Shown in pieces: positions 27,602-37,782 of a stretch of DNA of 64,000 bases (positions are counted from its first letter, which is position 1; every line of letters starts with the position of its first letter). Both the position numbers and the translations under genes were made by a program. The stretch comes from Nitrospirota bacterium (GTDB taxonomy: Bacteria; Nitrospirota; Thermodesulfovibrionia; SZUA-242), in contig JALUUO010000018.1 in NCBI GenBank assembly GCA_027021335.1, positions 1,571-65,570 of the forward strand, given 5' to 3'. The notes beneath the pieces were generated by a model that was given only the letters and a program-made list of their open reading frames with translations, was not told the origin of the DNA and made no database searches.

Positions 27602-30355
27602 ATGATTTCTAATAATAAACTGAAGTGGAGCATTCAGATCTGGATACCTACTGTTTTCATCTGTTTTTTCCTGTTTAACGCCGCTGTATCCGGTGCCGTT
27701 ACAATGGGTGATATATGGGGATATAGGGTCTCATCCATAACCGTTCAAGGTTTAACTGGGATGGAAGAGGATTATTTCCTTGATCTTCTTGACCTGAATC
27801 CCGGAACTGTGCTTACCTCTGTCAGAATCAGGGAAGGGGTCGCCAGGGTTTTCAAAAAAGGAATCTTTCTGAATATCCGGGTGGAGGCTTTGGACTTGAA
27901 TTCTGTTGCCGGCGAAGCCTCCCTATTGATCGCAGTCACCGAAAAACAACGTGTGGCCTCTATAAAAATAGAGGGGGATGACGTAGTTTCATCTAAAGAC
28001 ATACTGAAAATATCAGGTCTATTCCGTGGCATGGAGTTTCGGGCAGACCTTAACACCGAAATCCAGCGCAAGGTTTTGGATTTTCTAGCACGCAGGGGGT
28101 TTCCTGAGGCCAAGGTCCAGATAATTGTCAAATCTGCCAAACGTCCGAATTTTGTAAATCTGATACTAGCTGTTACCGAGGGTAGTGCGGAACGTATAAA
28201 ATCAATTACGATCAAGGGGGTAAAGAAGTATCGTTCCCGTGCCGAATCCTTATTGAAGCTAAAGAAATTAAGCCGTTTTGATCGCTTAACCCTTGAAGAA
28301 AACCTTCAGAAAATTAGGCAGGATATGAGGCGGCGTGGCTACTACCAGGCAAAGCTGCCTAAGTGGAGCTTTGATGACGGCAAGTTAATCATAAATATAG
28401 ATTCCGGGCCTCGTTATAAAATTAGTTTTGAAGGGAACGAATCTCTTTCCAGTGATAAACTTAAAGCCGAATTCAGCTTTGAGGAGCTGGAGGATGATCC
28501 GGGAGAGGCTACGCTTGAAGAGGCTGCCCGGCGTTTTGCGGCTCTGTATCACCGTAAAGGGTATCCTTTTGCCCAGGTTGCGGCTTCTTTCGAGGTTAAT
28601 AAAGATTTTACAACGCTGGTTTTCTATATATTTGAAGGTCCCCGTGTTTCGGTGAAAAACATTCGTTTTAGCGGCGTATCAATTGCATCAAAAAGGCTTA
28701 TGGCAATCATGGATTATAAGGAAGGAGACCCTTATGACGAATCACTGTTTGAGAGTGCGGTGGCCCGTATGGCCTCCTTTTATAATGCTCTTGGATGTCT
28801 TGAGGCTGAAGTTACAGGTATAAAGAAAGATTTCGAAAGTTATCCCGGAGATGTGGTTATTGATATTTCGATTAATGAAGGAGTATGTACACTTATCCAA
28901 AAAGTTATGGTAGCCGGCAACTCTGTTTTCCGGGATGTGGAACTGCTTGAATTGTCCGGTATCAAGCAGGGTGACCCTTATAACGAGGTTGACATTGCGG
29001 ATGCCAGGTATCGCATGCTGGAAAAATATAACCAAAACGGCTATTTAAATGCTGCGATTCAGGTGGTGCGTAATTTTTCTAAAGACATGAAGTCGGCGCA
29101 GCTTGAGTTTGTAATACGTGAGGGTCGTAAGTTCAAGTTCGGCAAAGTCATTATAGCCGGCAATACAAGAACCAGGGACGGGATTATCCGTAAGGAGCTT
29201 AATCTGTCCGAAGGTGAGATATACGACAATAGGAAAGCGCTGTCCGGTAAGCAGGCTCTGTACAGAATGGGACTGTTTTCATCCGTAAACATAACTCCCC
29301 TCAAGAGGCCCGGCTCTGATGAGCAGGATGTTCTTGTCCAGTTGCGTGAAGGGCGTTTTGGAACAGTGGATCTTGGTGCGGGATATGGTGACTATGACAA
29401 GATGAGGGGATTTATCGAAGTTGCGCATAATAATCTTAGTGGTTTGAATAGAAGGATTTCCCTGAGAGGGGAGTTTAGTTTTATCGAAGAAAGATACTTG
29501 TTAAATTATTATGATCCATGGCTTTTGCTTGATTACAGACTGCCTTTTAGGATGACCCTTATTCGGGAGTATTTAAGGCAATTGGATGCCGATACATGGG
29601 CGCTGCGTTATGAAAGCAAGAGAGCCTCTTTTGTTGTGGGTGTTGATCGCAACTTTTCTGATGCTCTAAAGGGATCACTGGACTACGAGTATTCTTTCTT
29701 GGATATATATAATGTGCGTCCGGGCGAAGATCTGAGCGGCAAAACTGAAGAGACTCGTGCGGTAAGCGCTGTTAGTTCTTCCTTGGTAATGGATAAACGT
29801 AATAACCCGTTTAATCCCAGCCGTGGATCTATAAACGCGTTTGTTATTAAAGTGGCGGACGGCGCTCTTTTTTCCGAAAGTGATTTTATCAAGGCTACGG
29901 TTCAAAGCAGCTGGTACTTTCAGGCGGCAAAGCCGCTGGTGCTGGCCTTGTCGTTTAAAGGAGGCGCTGCACAAGGCACAGGGCAGCGTGACAAGTTGCC
30001 GATTGAAGAGCGTTTTCTGCTTGGTGGCGGTGTGAGTGTCCGGGGATATGACCGTGATAAGCTTGGTCCTAAGGTGGACGGTACCCCAATTGGCGGTAAC
30101 GCGTTTTTGCTTCTGAACACCGAGCTTCGTATGAATATATGGAAAGGCCTGGGTTCCGTGGCGTTTATAGACGGAGGAAATGTATGGGTCGAAACTGCAA
30201 AAATGGACCCCTCTGATCTGCGCTATTCCTGGGGATTTGGAATCAGGTACAATACGCCGGTGGGACCTTTGAGCCTGGACTATGGAAGAAAGTTTGATCC
30301 GGAAAAAGATGAGTCGCCTTTTGAGATACATTTCAACCTTGGCCATGCGTTTTAG
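27602..30355 (+). CDS. bamA: outer membrane protein assembly factor BamA (Omp85 family, multiple POTRA domains + beta-barrel)
   Basis: 917 aa with a signal peptide. Repeated POTRA-like modules (I..I.G....S). C-terminal barrel ending ...FEIHFNLGHAF (aromatic terminus). Starts 3 nt after tamB. Confidence 0.75.
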   Translation: MISNNKLKWSIQIWIPTVFICFFLFNAAVSGAVTMGDIWGYRVSSITVQGLTGMEEDYFLDLLDLNPGTVLTSVRIREGVARVFKKGIFLNIRVEALDLNSVAGEASLLIAVTEKQRVASIKIEGDDVVSSKDILKISGLFRGMEFRADLNTEIQRKVLDFLARRGFPEAKVQIIVKSAKRPNFVNLILAVTEGSAERIKSITIKGVKKYRSRAESLLKLKKLSRFDRLTLEENLQKIRQDMRRRGYYQAKLPKWSFDDGKLIINIDSGPRYKISFEGNESLSSDKLKAEFSFEELEDDPGEATLEEAARRFAALYHRKGYPFAQVAASFEVNKDFTTLVFYIFEGPRVSVKNIRFSGVSIASKRLMAIMDYKEGDPYDESLFESAVARMASFYNALGCLEAEVTGIKKDFESYPGDVVIDISINEGVCTLIQKVMVAGNSVFRDVELLELSGIKQGDPYNEVDIADARYRMLEKYNQNGYLNAAIQVVRNFSKDMKSAQLEFVIREGRKFKFGKVIIAGNTRTRDGIIRKELNLSEGEIYDNRKALSGKQALYRMGLFSSVNITPLKRPGSDEQDVLVQLREGRFGTVDLGAGYGDYDKMRGFIEVAHNNLSGLNRRISLRGEFSFIEERYLLNYYDPWLLLDYRLPFRMTLIREYLRQLDADTWALRYESKRASFVVGVDRNFSDALKGSLDYEYSFLDIYNVRPGEDLSGKTEETRAVSAVSSSLVMDKRNNPFNPSRGSINAFVIKVADGALFSESDFIKATVQSSWYFQAAKPLVLALSFKGGAAQGTGQRDKLPIEERFLLGGGVSVRGYDRDKLGPKVDGTPIGGNAFLLLNTELRMNIWKGLGSVAFIDGGNVWVETAKMDPSDLRYSWGFGIRYNTPVGPLSLDYGRKFDPEKDESPFEIHFNLGHAF

Positions 30356-30809
30356 CCGGCAGTTTTTCTTAGTTGTTTTTTGCATTCTAATGTTGGGAGG
30401 GGTCTCCCGCGGAATTGTTCTGGAGCGGGTTGTGGCGATAATTGGGGATTCTCCTGTCTTTTTATCCGAACTTCTTGAGTTTAAACGTAAACATTTACCT
30501 GATGGATCTGCTTTGTCTGATGAAGAGGTGCTTCAGAAACTTATAGACCGCAAACTGTTGCTCATGGAGGCGCGCAGGCTTAGGCTCGACACTATAATGG
30601 GCGATGATATGGATTCTGATGCACTTATAGAACGCTATCTAAAGCTTGCTATAAGTACGTTTATGCCGGATATCCGGATGAAGAAGGGTCTTAATGACAA
30701 CTTCAGTGACGGCACTATAACTAAAGAGGATGAATTCAACCGCCGATTGAGAAATAAAATTACGGATCTAAGAAAACAGTACGACATACGGGTCTTTCCG
30801 GTGATGTAA
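30345..30809 (+). CDS. SurA N-terminal-domain-like periplasmic chaperone
   Basis: Signal peptide, then ERVVAIIGDSPVFLSELLE (SurA_N-like 'DRIVAVVND.VI..SEL'). The internal ATG at 30345 overlaps the bamA stop by 11 nt. The track ORF begins earlier, at 30282, inside bamA. Confidence 0.5.
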   Translation: MRFSRQFFLVVFCILMLGGVSRGIVLERVVAIIGDSPVFLSELLEFKRKHLPDGSALSDEEVLQKLIDRKLLLMEARRLRLDTIMGDDMDSDALIERYLKLAISTFMPDIRMKKGLNDNFSDGTITKEDEFNRRLRNKITDLRKQYDIRVFPVM

Positions 30810-31080
30810 CAAAAACAGGTAATAACCCGGGGATGCAAATACGCATTTTTTAATGTTTATCCGAAATTAAGCGATTTGTTGTGAAAAGATATGCTGGGAT
30901 CTTTGAGCTTATCTGGTTCAGCCGCTCCTATCGGCCGGACGAGAGAGAGAATCAGTCCGGGACTATAAGGGAAAATGCCGGCCTTGGGCTTATATTTGGT
31001 TTGAATAACTGTGGCTTTATGTAGTAAAATATAGTTTATTTTTGAGCAGGCGCGAGGTGGTGTAACATGCCCTTAGAGCG

Positions 31081-31154
<74 letters not shown>

Positions 31155-31202
31155 TGGTTGTTTTTAGTTTATATTAAAGAGAAAAACGGAGGTGAATTTG
31201 TA

Positions 31203-31514
31203 ATGAATGCGATTGTTAAAATGTCAGGAAAACAGTATCAGGTAATTCCCGGATCTGTTATAAAAGTGGATTCAATAAAAGCCGAGCTTGGAACATTAGT
31301 GACTCTGGATGAGGTGTTAATGGTCTCCTCGGAGGATAAAACCATTATTGGAACACCATGTGTGCCTTCGGCCAAAGTGATCGCGGAGGTGAAGGAACAG
31401 TGGCTTGGCCCCAAATTGCGGGTTCTTAAGAAGAAACGGCGCAAAAACTATCGAAGAGTTATTGGCTGCAGGCAACTCTTCACATCGCTTGAGGTAAAAG
31501 AGATAGTTGTTTAA
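31203..31514 (+). CDS. rplU: 50S ribosomal protein L21
   Basis: MNAIVKMSGKQYQVIPGSVIKVD... matches the L21 N-terminus. GGAGGTG RBS 8 nt upstream. 103 aa. Confidence 0.8.
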   Translation: MNAIVKMSGKQYQVIPGSVIKVDSIKAELGTLVTLDEVLMVSSEDKTIIGTPCVPSAKVIAEVKEQWLGPKLRVLKKKRRKNYRRVIGCRQLFTSLEVKEIVV

Positions 31515-31597
31515 TGAAAGCTTTTCATCCAGTCAAATAACTGTCCATATTTTTTTGAGCGCCGGATTTTTTGGCTCCGGACTGCCCGGATTAAAGT

Positions 31598-33877
31598 ATG
31601 TCTCAAGATAAAGCATCCAATATAGCTCAGGCTCAGCGTTACGCTGCCAAGGGACAGATAGACAAGGCCATAAAAGAGTGGGAAAAGGTTGTCTCCATTA
31701 ATCCCAATGATGGCAATATTCACAATACCATCGGCGACCTTTTGCTGAGGAAGAACGAAACGGAAAACGCTATCGAATGCTTTTTCAAAGCAGCCGGTCT
31801 TTTTAAGGACGAGGGTTTTGCCTTGAAAGCCATGGCGTTATACAAAAAAATCCTCAACCTTGATCCTGAGAGAATTCAGGCGATTGTACTACTGGCAGAA
31901 ATCAACGCGGAGCGAGGCCTGATAGGTAATGCCAACGAAAACTATCTTGCAGCTGCAGATCTGTACATAAAAAACGGTTCGGTGGATAAGGCCGTGGATT
32001 TGTATGAAAAGATCATGCTCCTTTCCCCCTCTAATTTTCTTTTATATATCAGAATAGCTGACTTGTATGCCAAAATCGGTTTGGCATCTGATGCGAAGAA
32101 GGTTTATTTGCAAAGCGCTCACGGCTTCTTGAAGAAGGGTGACTTGGCAAGAGCCGAGCGCCTTTATAACAAGATTATAGAGGTAGATCCCTTTGATCCT
32201 GCTGGTTTTATCGGGTTGAGCAAAATTTTGATCGATAGGCACCAGTTTCAGGAAGCCATGTCTGTTCTGGACCGGGCGGCAGTACGTATTCCTGACAATA
32301 CAGAGGTGCTTCTTGCAAAGGCCAGGGTGGCTTTTAAAACCGGGCAAGCCGAAGAAGCTTTGGAGTTCACCCAGGCCGTTATCCAGGCCGAACAATATAA
32401 CCTGGCTGCTCAACGTCTAATGAGTGAAATCTGTCTGTCCATCAATCGGCCTGATGAAGCCTGGGAACAGATTCGTGCTACTGTCGAGTCAATGGTTGCC
32501 GAGGAGCTGTACGAGGAGGCACTCGAACTTCTGGAGCTTGTCAACGGAATTCAGGAGTATCGCAGCGAAGTTATGAGGCGTCAGGCCACCATACACAAAC
32601 AGATAGGGGACGTGGAACGTGCGGTGGATATACTTAAGTCGTTGGGACTTAGCATGATAGCATCCGGTGAGACAGATGACGCTCTTAAAATCTTAAAGGA
32701 AGCACAGTCTCTGGCTCCTGATAACGAGGAGATTGAGGCCAAAATCAGAGAGCTTACAGAAGAGCAGCAGCCACGGGAAGACGTGCTTGAATCTTTTCCG
32801 GATCAGCAATCAGGCATATCTTCAGAAGGCTATGACGTACATGAGTTTCAGAATATTGAGCCTGTGGTTGAAGCCGGTGACGGCAATGAACCAACCGGCG
32901 ATGAAATGCTTATTGAAGAAAATTTGCATGATGAAGGTGTAGACCCTGTTATTGATGCAGACCAATCTTCTTCACCGGATTTTGAAGAATTCGTTCAGAT
33001 GATGAATCCACCCGATCAAGGTGAAATAGTTGTTGAGAGCTGGGGTGAAAGTACTGCACCAGCGGCAGATGAAAAGTTTGATGAGGATTTTGCTGAGGCG
33101 GAATTTTATCTTCAACAGGGGATGAAGGATGAGGCCATCAGCGTCTATAAGAGACTGGCTTCGATGTTTCCAGATAGAGCAGAACCGATTGAACGCCTTG
33201 CTGAGCTGACTCAGACGCCGTCCACCACCGGGCAGCCGATGGATGCTGCACCGCCGCCTGAAGCAACCGGAAAGAAGGTAGACGCTGACAGCTTCTTTCA
33301 GGATCTAAATACTATTTATGACGAACCCATTAAGGAAAACCATGACCAAGAAACAGCCGGAAAGAAAATAGATGCCAACAGTTTTTTTGAGGGCTTAAGC
33401 TCTGTTTCTGACAAGCCCCAGGAAAAAAGTGCTGATACAGACGAAGAACTGGCAAACATTTTTGATGCATTCAAGAAGGGTGTTGAAGACGAGGTTGAGG
33501 AAAGTGATTTCGAAACCCACTACAACCTTGGAATCGCCTATAAAGAGATGGGGCTTCTTGACGATGCCATACGTGAGTTCAAAATAGCCTCAAGTGTCCG
33601 GAGTGACTCCTTTCAAGGCAGCAGCATGCTTGCTATGTGTTATGCGGAAAAAGGCCTTTATGCTCAGGCGATTTCAGAATACAGAAATCTTATGGATATG
33701 CTGGATGAAGCAGATGACCGGTACCTGTCTATTAAATATGATCTTGCTTCCGCTATCGAAAAGTCGGGAAATGCCGGAAGTGCATTGGAGATATTTACAG
33801 GTATTTATAATGCAGATCCGTCTTTTGGTGATGTAGCCGCCAGGATCGACAGACTAAAAAAAGCCATGGGTGGATGA
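31598..33877 (+). CDS. tetratricopeptide-repeat protein with a central acidic low-complexity region
   Basis: Multiple TPR-like helical repeats (A..Y.K.....P....A) at the N- and C-termini. The middle is D/E-rich and contains two ~35-aa imperfect repeats (GKKVDADSFFQDLNTIYDEP / GKKIDANSFFEGLSSVSDKP). Confidence 0.6.
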   Translation: MSQDKASNIAQAQRYAAKGQIDKAIKEWEKVVSINPNDGNIHNTIGDLLLRKNETENAIECFFKAAGLFKDEGFALKAMALYKKILNLDPERIQAIVLLAEINAERGLIGNANENYLAAADLYIKNGSVDKAVDLYEKIMLLSPSNFLLYIRIADLYAKIGLASDAKKVYLQSAHGFLKKGDLARAERLYNKIIEVDPFDPAGFIGLSKILIDRHQFQEAMSVLDRAAVRIPDNTEVLLAKARVAFKTGQAEEALEFTQAVIQAEQYNLAAQRLMSEICLSINRPDEAWEQIRATVESMVAEELYEEALELLELVNGIQEYRSEVMRRQATIHKQIGDVERAVDILKSLGLSMIASGETDDALKILKEAQSLAPDNEEIEAKIRELTEEQQPREDVLESFPDQQSGISSEGYDVHEFQNIEPVVEAGDGNEPTGDEMLIEENLHDEGVDPVIDADQSSSPDFEEFVQMMNPPDQGEIVVESWGESTAPAADEKFDEDFAEAEFYLQQGMKDEAISVYKRLASMFPDRAEPIERLAELTQTPSTTGQPMDAAPPPEATGKKVDADSFFQDLNTIYDEPIKENHDQETAGKKIDANSFFEGLSSVSDKPQEKSADTDEELANIFDAFKKGVEDEVEESDFETHYNLGIAYKEMGLLDDAIREFKIASSVRSDSFQGSSMLAMCYAEKGLYAQAISEYRNLMDMLDEADDRYLSIKYDLASAIEKSGNAGSALEIFTGIYNADPSFGDVAARIDRLKKAMGG

Positions 33878-33919
33878 TAACGAAAAAAGGCCGGTTTATC
33901 CTGTAACTAACATTATAAG

Positions 33920-34627
33920 CTATGGCCACTCAAACATATCATTATCAAAAGCAACATCAGTTGCTACTCTTTTTACTGTTACAACCAGCCTGTAGTTTAA
34001 AGAATTAATCTCTATCTTGGAAGGAAAGTCTTTCCGGTTTTCTAATGCTTCCGGGTTTGAATACCTTATTTTAATAATACCCTTTTTTGAAAAAATCTCC
34101 TGCTTGACAGGAAGAAGATTCATTCGTTTCAACCAAACGGCCTGGTGTGGTGTTTGTAGTAAATACTCGCTTTTTAAAACCTCCAGGCGAGCCTCGTTCA
34201 TAGATCTCCACCAAAAAACAGCTCGCATAAGCAAAGAGAATGAATCACTGTACTTTTCGGCCTCCTCAGGCGGTCTGCTCCTTACTTCACCGTCCCTGTT
34301 TACGATATCAAACACCGGCATTCCAAATTTGTATATGCGTAGCCGGGCTCTGCCTGTGTCTTCCATATAAAATACAGCTGTCACACTGTCAAGCAGAAGC
34401 TTACCTGCTGCCTCCATATCAAGATTAACAACGGCTTTTAACCTGCTATAGCTTGAAATAGAGAGAATTTCCTCTTTGGTTAATTCACGTTTCGGTATTG
34501 ATACTCTATTTGGTTCGGGCAACTGCGGCCCGGTGGTACAGGAAAAAAAAAGCATCAAGCAGATCACAAGGAAAAAATGTGAAAAATACTTAATAAAAAG
34601 TCTGTACATGGCTAAAGATTTTAGCAC
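33920..34627 (-). CDS. putative lipoprotein (LolB/DUF4292-like is a guess)
   Basis: Signal peptide with lipobox FFSCTT; 235 aa; no firm domain call. Confidence 0.4.
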   Translation of the reverse strand: MLKSLAMYRLFIKYFSHFFLVICLMLFFSCTTGPQLPEPNRVSIPKRELTKEEILSISSYSRLKAVVNLDMEAAGKLLLDSVTAVFYMEDTGRARLRIYKFGMPVFDIVNRDGEVRSRPPEEAEKYSDSFSLLMRAVFWWRSMNEARLEVLKSEYLLQTPHQAVWLKRMNLLPVKQEIFSKKGIIKIRYSNPEALENRKDFPSKIEINSLNYRLVVTVKRVATDVAFDNDMFEWP

Positions 34628-34906
34628 ACATCCTCATCGTAAATTGATCAACCTGGATTGTAAACTATTTCTGTTGATGCTCTTGGAACGTGTCTGCTTG
34701 GTAACATTGTACATTACAGTTATTGTAACCTGCCGGGGTGTTATCAGGTTTTTTATCTAAAACTTGTATTCAGAGCCTTTAACCGCTAAGGATGAAATGT
34801 TATGAGTCTTCAGGTGCTGCTCCGGTTAAGCAGGGTTTCAATATCCTTTGCGGCTGTGATAAGCTTGGTGTGAACTTAAAAAACGTTTTTTCTGGAGGTC
34901 ATTTTT

Positions 34907-35749
34907 ATGGCAGACCCTATTAATATCAATTTACCAAAGCCTGGACAGCCGGTTCCTGCATTCTTGAAGTACGGGTTTATAGCTTTTGTGGCTATATTTT
35001 TTCTTTCCTTTGTTAAGCCTTTTGTCACGGTAGGGCCCGGGCAGAGAGGTGTGGTTATGAACTTCGGTCAGGTGCAGGATCAGGTTCTTGGAGAGGGGCT
35101 TCACTTCATTATACCTGTTGTTCAGAGTGTGCAGTTGATCGATGTTCGTATACAGAAAGCCCAAACAAATGTGGACGCTGCAAGTAAGGACCTCCAGGAC
35201 ATTTCTTCTACAATCGCTATCAATTATCAGATAGTTCCGGATGCCGCAAACATTGTTTTTCAGGAACTTGGCCCTGCTTATAAAGAACGAATTATTGATC
35301 CTGCCGTACAGGAAATGATGAAAGCGGTTGCTGCAAAATACACAGCCGAAGAACTCATTACCAAAAGAGAGAAGGTGAAAAGCGAAACCAAAGCTCTTCT
35401 GAGCGAGCGCCTGATCAGAAGTAATATTCGGGTAGAAGACTTCTCAATAGTGAATTTTAGTTTTTCCGCTCAGTTTACTGCCGCTATAGAGTCCAAGCAA
35501 GAGGCTGAACAGATGGCGATAAAGGCTGTAAGAGATCTTGAGCGTATAGAAATCGAGGCCAAGCAGACAGTCGCTGCCGCCAAGGCACAGGCAGAAGCGC
35601 TTCGGCTTCAGAAGCAGGTTCTTAGCAAGGATCTCATTGAGCTTCGCAAAATAGAGGCGACTTTAAAAGCCATAGAAAAATGGGATGGCCGTATGCCCAA
35701 GGTGACTGCCGGGGCCATGCCTTTTGTAGATGTGGATGCCGTGAAATAG
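34907..35749 (+). CDS. SPFH/band-7 (prohibitin-like) membrane protein
   Basis: N-terminal TM segment then an SPFH core (VGPGQRGVVMNFGQVQDQVLGEGLHFIIPVVQSV...) and a C-terminal coiled-coil (AQAEALRLQKQ). Confidence 0.7.
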   Translation: MADPININLPKPGQPVPAFLKYGFIAFVAIFFLSFVKPFVTVGPGQRGVVMNFGQVQDQVLGEGLHFIIPVVQSVQLIDVRIQKAQTNVDAASKDLQDISSTIAINYQIVPDAANIVFQELGPAYKERIIDPAVQEMMKAVAAKYTAEELITKREKVKSETKALLSERLIRSNIRVEDFSIVNFSFSAQFTAAIESKQEAEQMAIKAVRDLERIEIEAKQTVAAAKAQAEALRLQKQVLSKDLIELRKIEATLKAIEKWDGRMPKVTAGAMPFVDVDAVK

Positions 35750-35797
35750 GGAGACGGGTCCGGCTGTCTATTTTTTTCAGTATGAAAAGGATGAAAT

Positions 35798-36424
35798 TCA
35801 GCTGTCCTGGCTTTTTTCGAACAGATTGATAAAAGATTGAAGGATTGTTAATTGTTTTTCAGAGGGATTGCGGAACTCCACTCCGAGCATCTGATAATTA
35901 TTGCGTTTATGCTGGTTTTTTATCAGGCAGTTTAGGTTTTCTAGAGTTGTCTCAAGAACCCTGAACGTCAGATGATAATCAGCATCCGCATCAAAATGGA
36001 CCTTCCTGTCTTCCAATACCTTAAGTAAACATCCCTTTTCGCTTATGTCTTCAATTACCACCCGGGTAACGTTAACGTGTTTGGCGTCAAGCAACTTTGC
36101 CGGTATGTTGGTTTTATACCTTTTACATACCCGGAATGCCACCGCCTCAATCTCGTTTGGATACTTGAAAAATACCAGCGCAACTGGATAGAACTGTATA
36201 GAGATTACTTCGGTCTCGAAACCAAAAGCGGTATCGCCTTTTAGAAACCTGATAAGACAAGTGTCTTTACTCTTTAATTTTAAGGGGTTCTGCCTGGTAG
36301 ATGGGAGCTTTGCAATAAAATACTGGTTTTGTTCCCAACCAACCACAGGAACACGTACGCAACCTTTATTTTTAGGTATTTCCAGAGAAAGAGGCAAGCC
36401 AACTTCAAATATTGCTTTTTCCAT
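35798..36424 (-). CDS. PilZ-domain protein with a YcgR-like N-terminal domain (c-di-GMP receptor type)
   Basis: RVCKRYK (RxxxR-like) followed about 25 aa later by VIEDISEKGCLL (DxSxxG); 208 aa. Confidence 0.5.
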   Translation of the reverse strand: MEKAIFEVGLPLSLEIPKNKGCVRVPVVGWEQNQYFIAKLPSTRQNPLKLKSKDTCLIRFLKGDTAFGFETEVISIQFYPVALVFFKYPNEIEAVAFRVCKRYKTNIPAKLLDAKHVNVTRVVIEDISEKGCLLKVLEDRKVHFDADADYHLTFRVLETTLENLNCLIKNQHKRNNYQMLGVEFRNPSEKQLTILQSFINLFEKSQDS

Positions 36425-36549
36425 AATAGTTTCCAGTTGTGGTATCTACAATTATATAATAATTACAAAATTATAAGTAAGTTAAAATAAGTAATGAACT
36501 TGATTTTATCACGTTTTATGTCCATTTAAAAACGGCTCTTTATTATTGA

Positions 36550-37758
36550 TTGCCTAGCAGGAGAGTTTCCTTGATTATTCCTATTGGTGATACTCCGAAC
36601 CCCGGCGGAAAGCCTATTATAAACTATATCCTGATTGCGGTTAACATTGCCGTCTTCTTCATGGTTACTCTTCCTTTGTCCCTGTCAAGTGCCGACCCGG
36701 GAGACCCGGCTTTTATGGAGTACGTACGCTCTATACCTCAATTTAACGGATATTCACTTAGAGCTGTTTTACCGCATGTTAATGCATATGATCTGTTCCT
36801 GTTTAAATACGCATTCAGGCCGGCCGAGCCAGGATTTGTCTCACTAATGGTTTCAATGTTTCTTCACGGCGGCTGGATGCATCTTGCAGGAAATATGCTT
36901 TTTCTGTGGATCTATGGCGACAATGTAGAGCATAAACTTGGTTCTTTGCGTTATATTTTTGCTTACTTGGCCGCCGGCATTGCAGCTACACTCTTTTACT
37001 CACTTTTTGTCCCTTACTCCAAAACTCCCATGATAGGTGCCTCTGGAGCCATCTCAGGAGTCCTGGGGTTTTATTACATATGGTTTCCTGGAAACAGGGT
37101 TAAGATGTTGTTTCTGCTGTTTCCTTTCTTTATGGATGTGATTCTGGTGCCTGCCCGGCTGGTCCTGGGGTTTTATCTGCTGGTCGAGAATCTTTTGCCT
37201 TTCATTTTCAGTACGCAACAAAGTGGAGGCGTGGCTTACGGAGCCCATCTGGGTGGATTCCTTGCCGGACTCGCTGTTGCCTACGGCCTTGATCGTTTTT
37301 CGGATTTTTCCATGTACAAAGCAGACTTCAGGCAGAATAAGGTAGGCAAAGGTCAGGATGCGAAGAGCGAAGGACGAAAGGTGGTAACGCATGAGCGTAT
37401 TGCTGAGGCTGTAACAGCGGGAGATATGACAGAAGCTGCGGCTGAATATCTCGCCCTTAACTCAGCAGACCAGAGACTACCGGTTAATCCGGATGATATT
37501 ATGCGGATCGGCGACTTTCTGCTGAAACATCATCGGTACGACCATGCGCTTTTGCTCTTTAGGCGTTATATATCTGATCATCCTGCCGGTCCATATCTGG
37601 ATTGGGCCTATCTGGGAGCAGGTATATCCATACTTTACGGCAGAGGGGAGTCTGCTGCGGCCTACCAATACTTTCTTCAGGTTCTGGATCTGAAAAATCC
37701 CTCGCCTAAGGCAAAGCAGGAAGCTCTTAGCCAGATAAACAGAATAAAGGCAAACTAG
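36550..37758 (+). CDS. rhomboid-family intramembrane serine protease with a C-terminal soluble helical (TPR-like) extension
   Basis: GASGAISGV (GxSG catalytic Ser) and AHLGGFLAGL (catalytic His) lie in consecutive TM helices. ~130-aa C-terminal extension. The annotated start is a TTG. Confidence 0.7.
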   Translation: MPSRRVSLIIPIGDTPNPGGKPIINYILIAVNIAVFFMVTLPLSLSSADPGDPAFMEYVRSIPQFNGYSLRAVLPHVNAYDLFLFKYAFRPAEPGFVSLMVSMFLHGGWMHLAGNMLFLWIYGDNVEHKLGSLRYIFAYLAAGIAATLFYSLFVPYSKTPMIGASGAISGVLGFYYIWFPGNRVKMLFLLFPFFMDVILVPARLVLGFYLLVENLLPFIFSTQQSGGVAYGAHLGGFLAGLAVAYGLDRFSDFSMYKADFRQNKVGKGQDAKSEGRKVVTHERIAEAVTAGDMTEAAAEYLALNSADQRLPVNPDDIMRIGDFLLKHHRYDHALLLFRRYISDHPAGPYLDWAYLGAGISILYGRGESAAAYQYFLQVLDLKNPSPKAKQEALSQINRIKAN

Positions 37759-37782
37759 TGAAGAACAAAAAGTTCTTTAGCC

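Noticed and set aside
29675-30385. 236-aa minus-strand ORF inside bamA
   Set aside because: Antisense shadow ORF with no support.
30810-31080. 270-bp GC-mixed intergenic region upstream of tRNA-Gly as a possible structured ncRNA (some local palindromes such as ggccgg)
   Set aside because: No extended stem-loop architecture or known ncRNA signature could be traced by eye. It probably just carries the tRNA/rplU promoter.
31515-31597. Weak hairpin (CCGGA-N9-TCCGG) after rplU as an intrinsic terminator
   Set aside because: The stem is only 5 bp with a 9-nt loop and no following U-tract, which is too weak to call.
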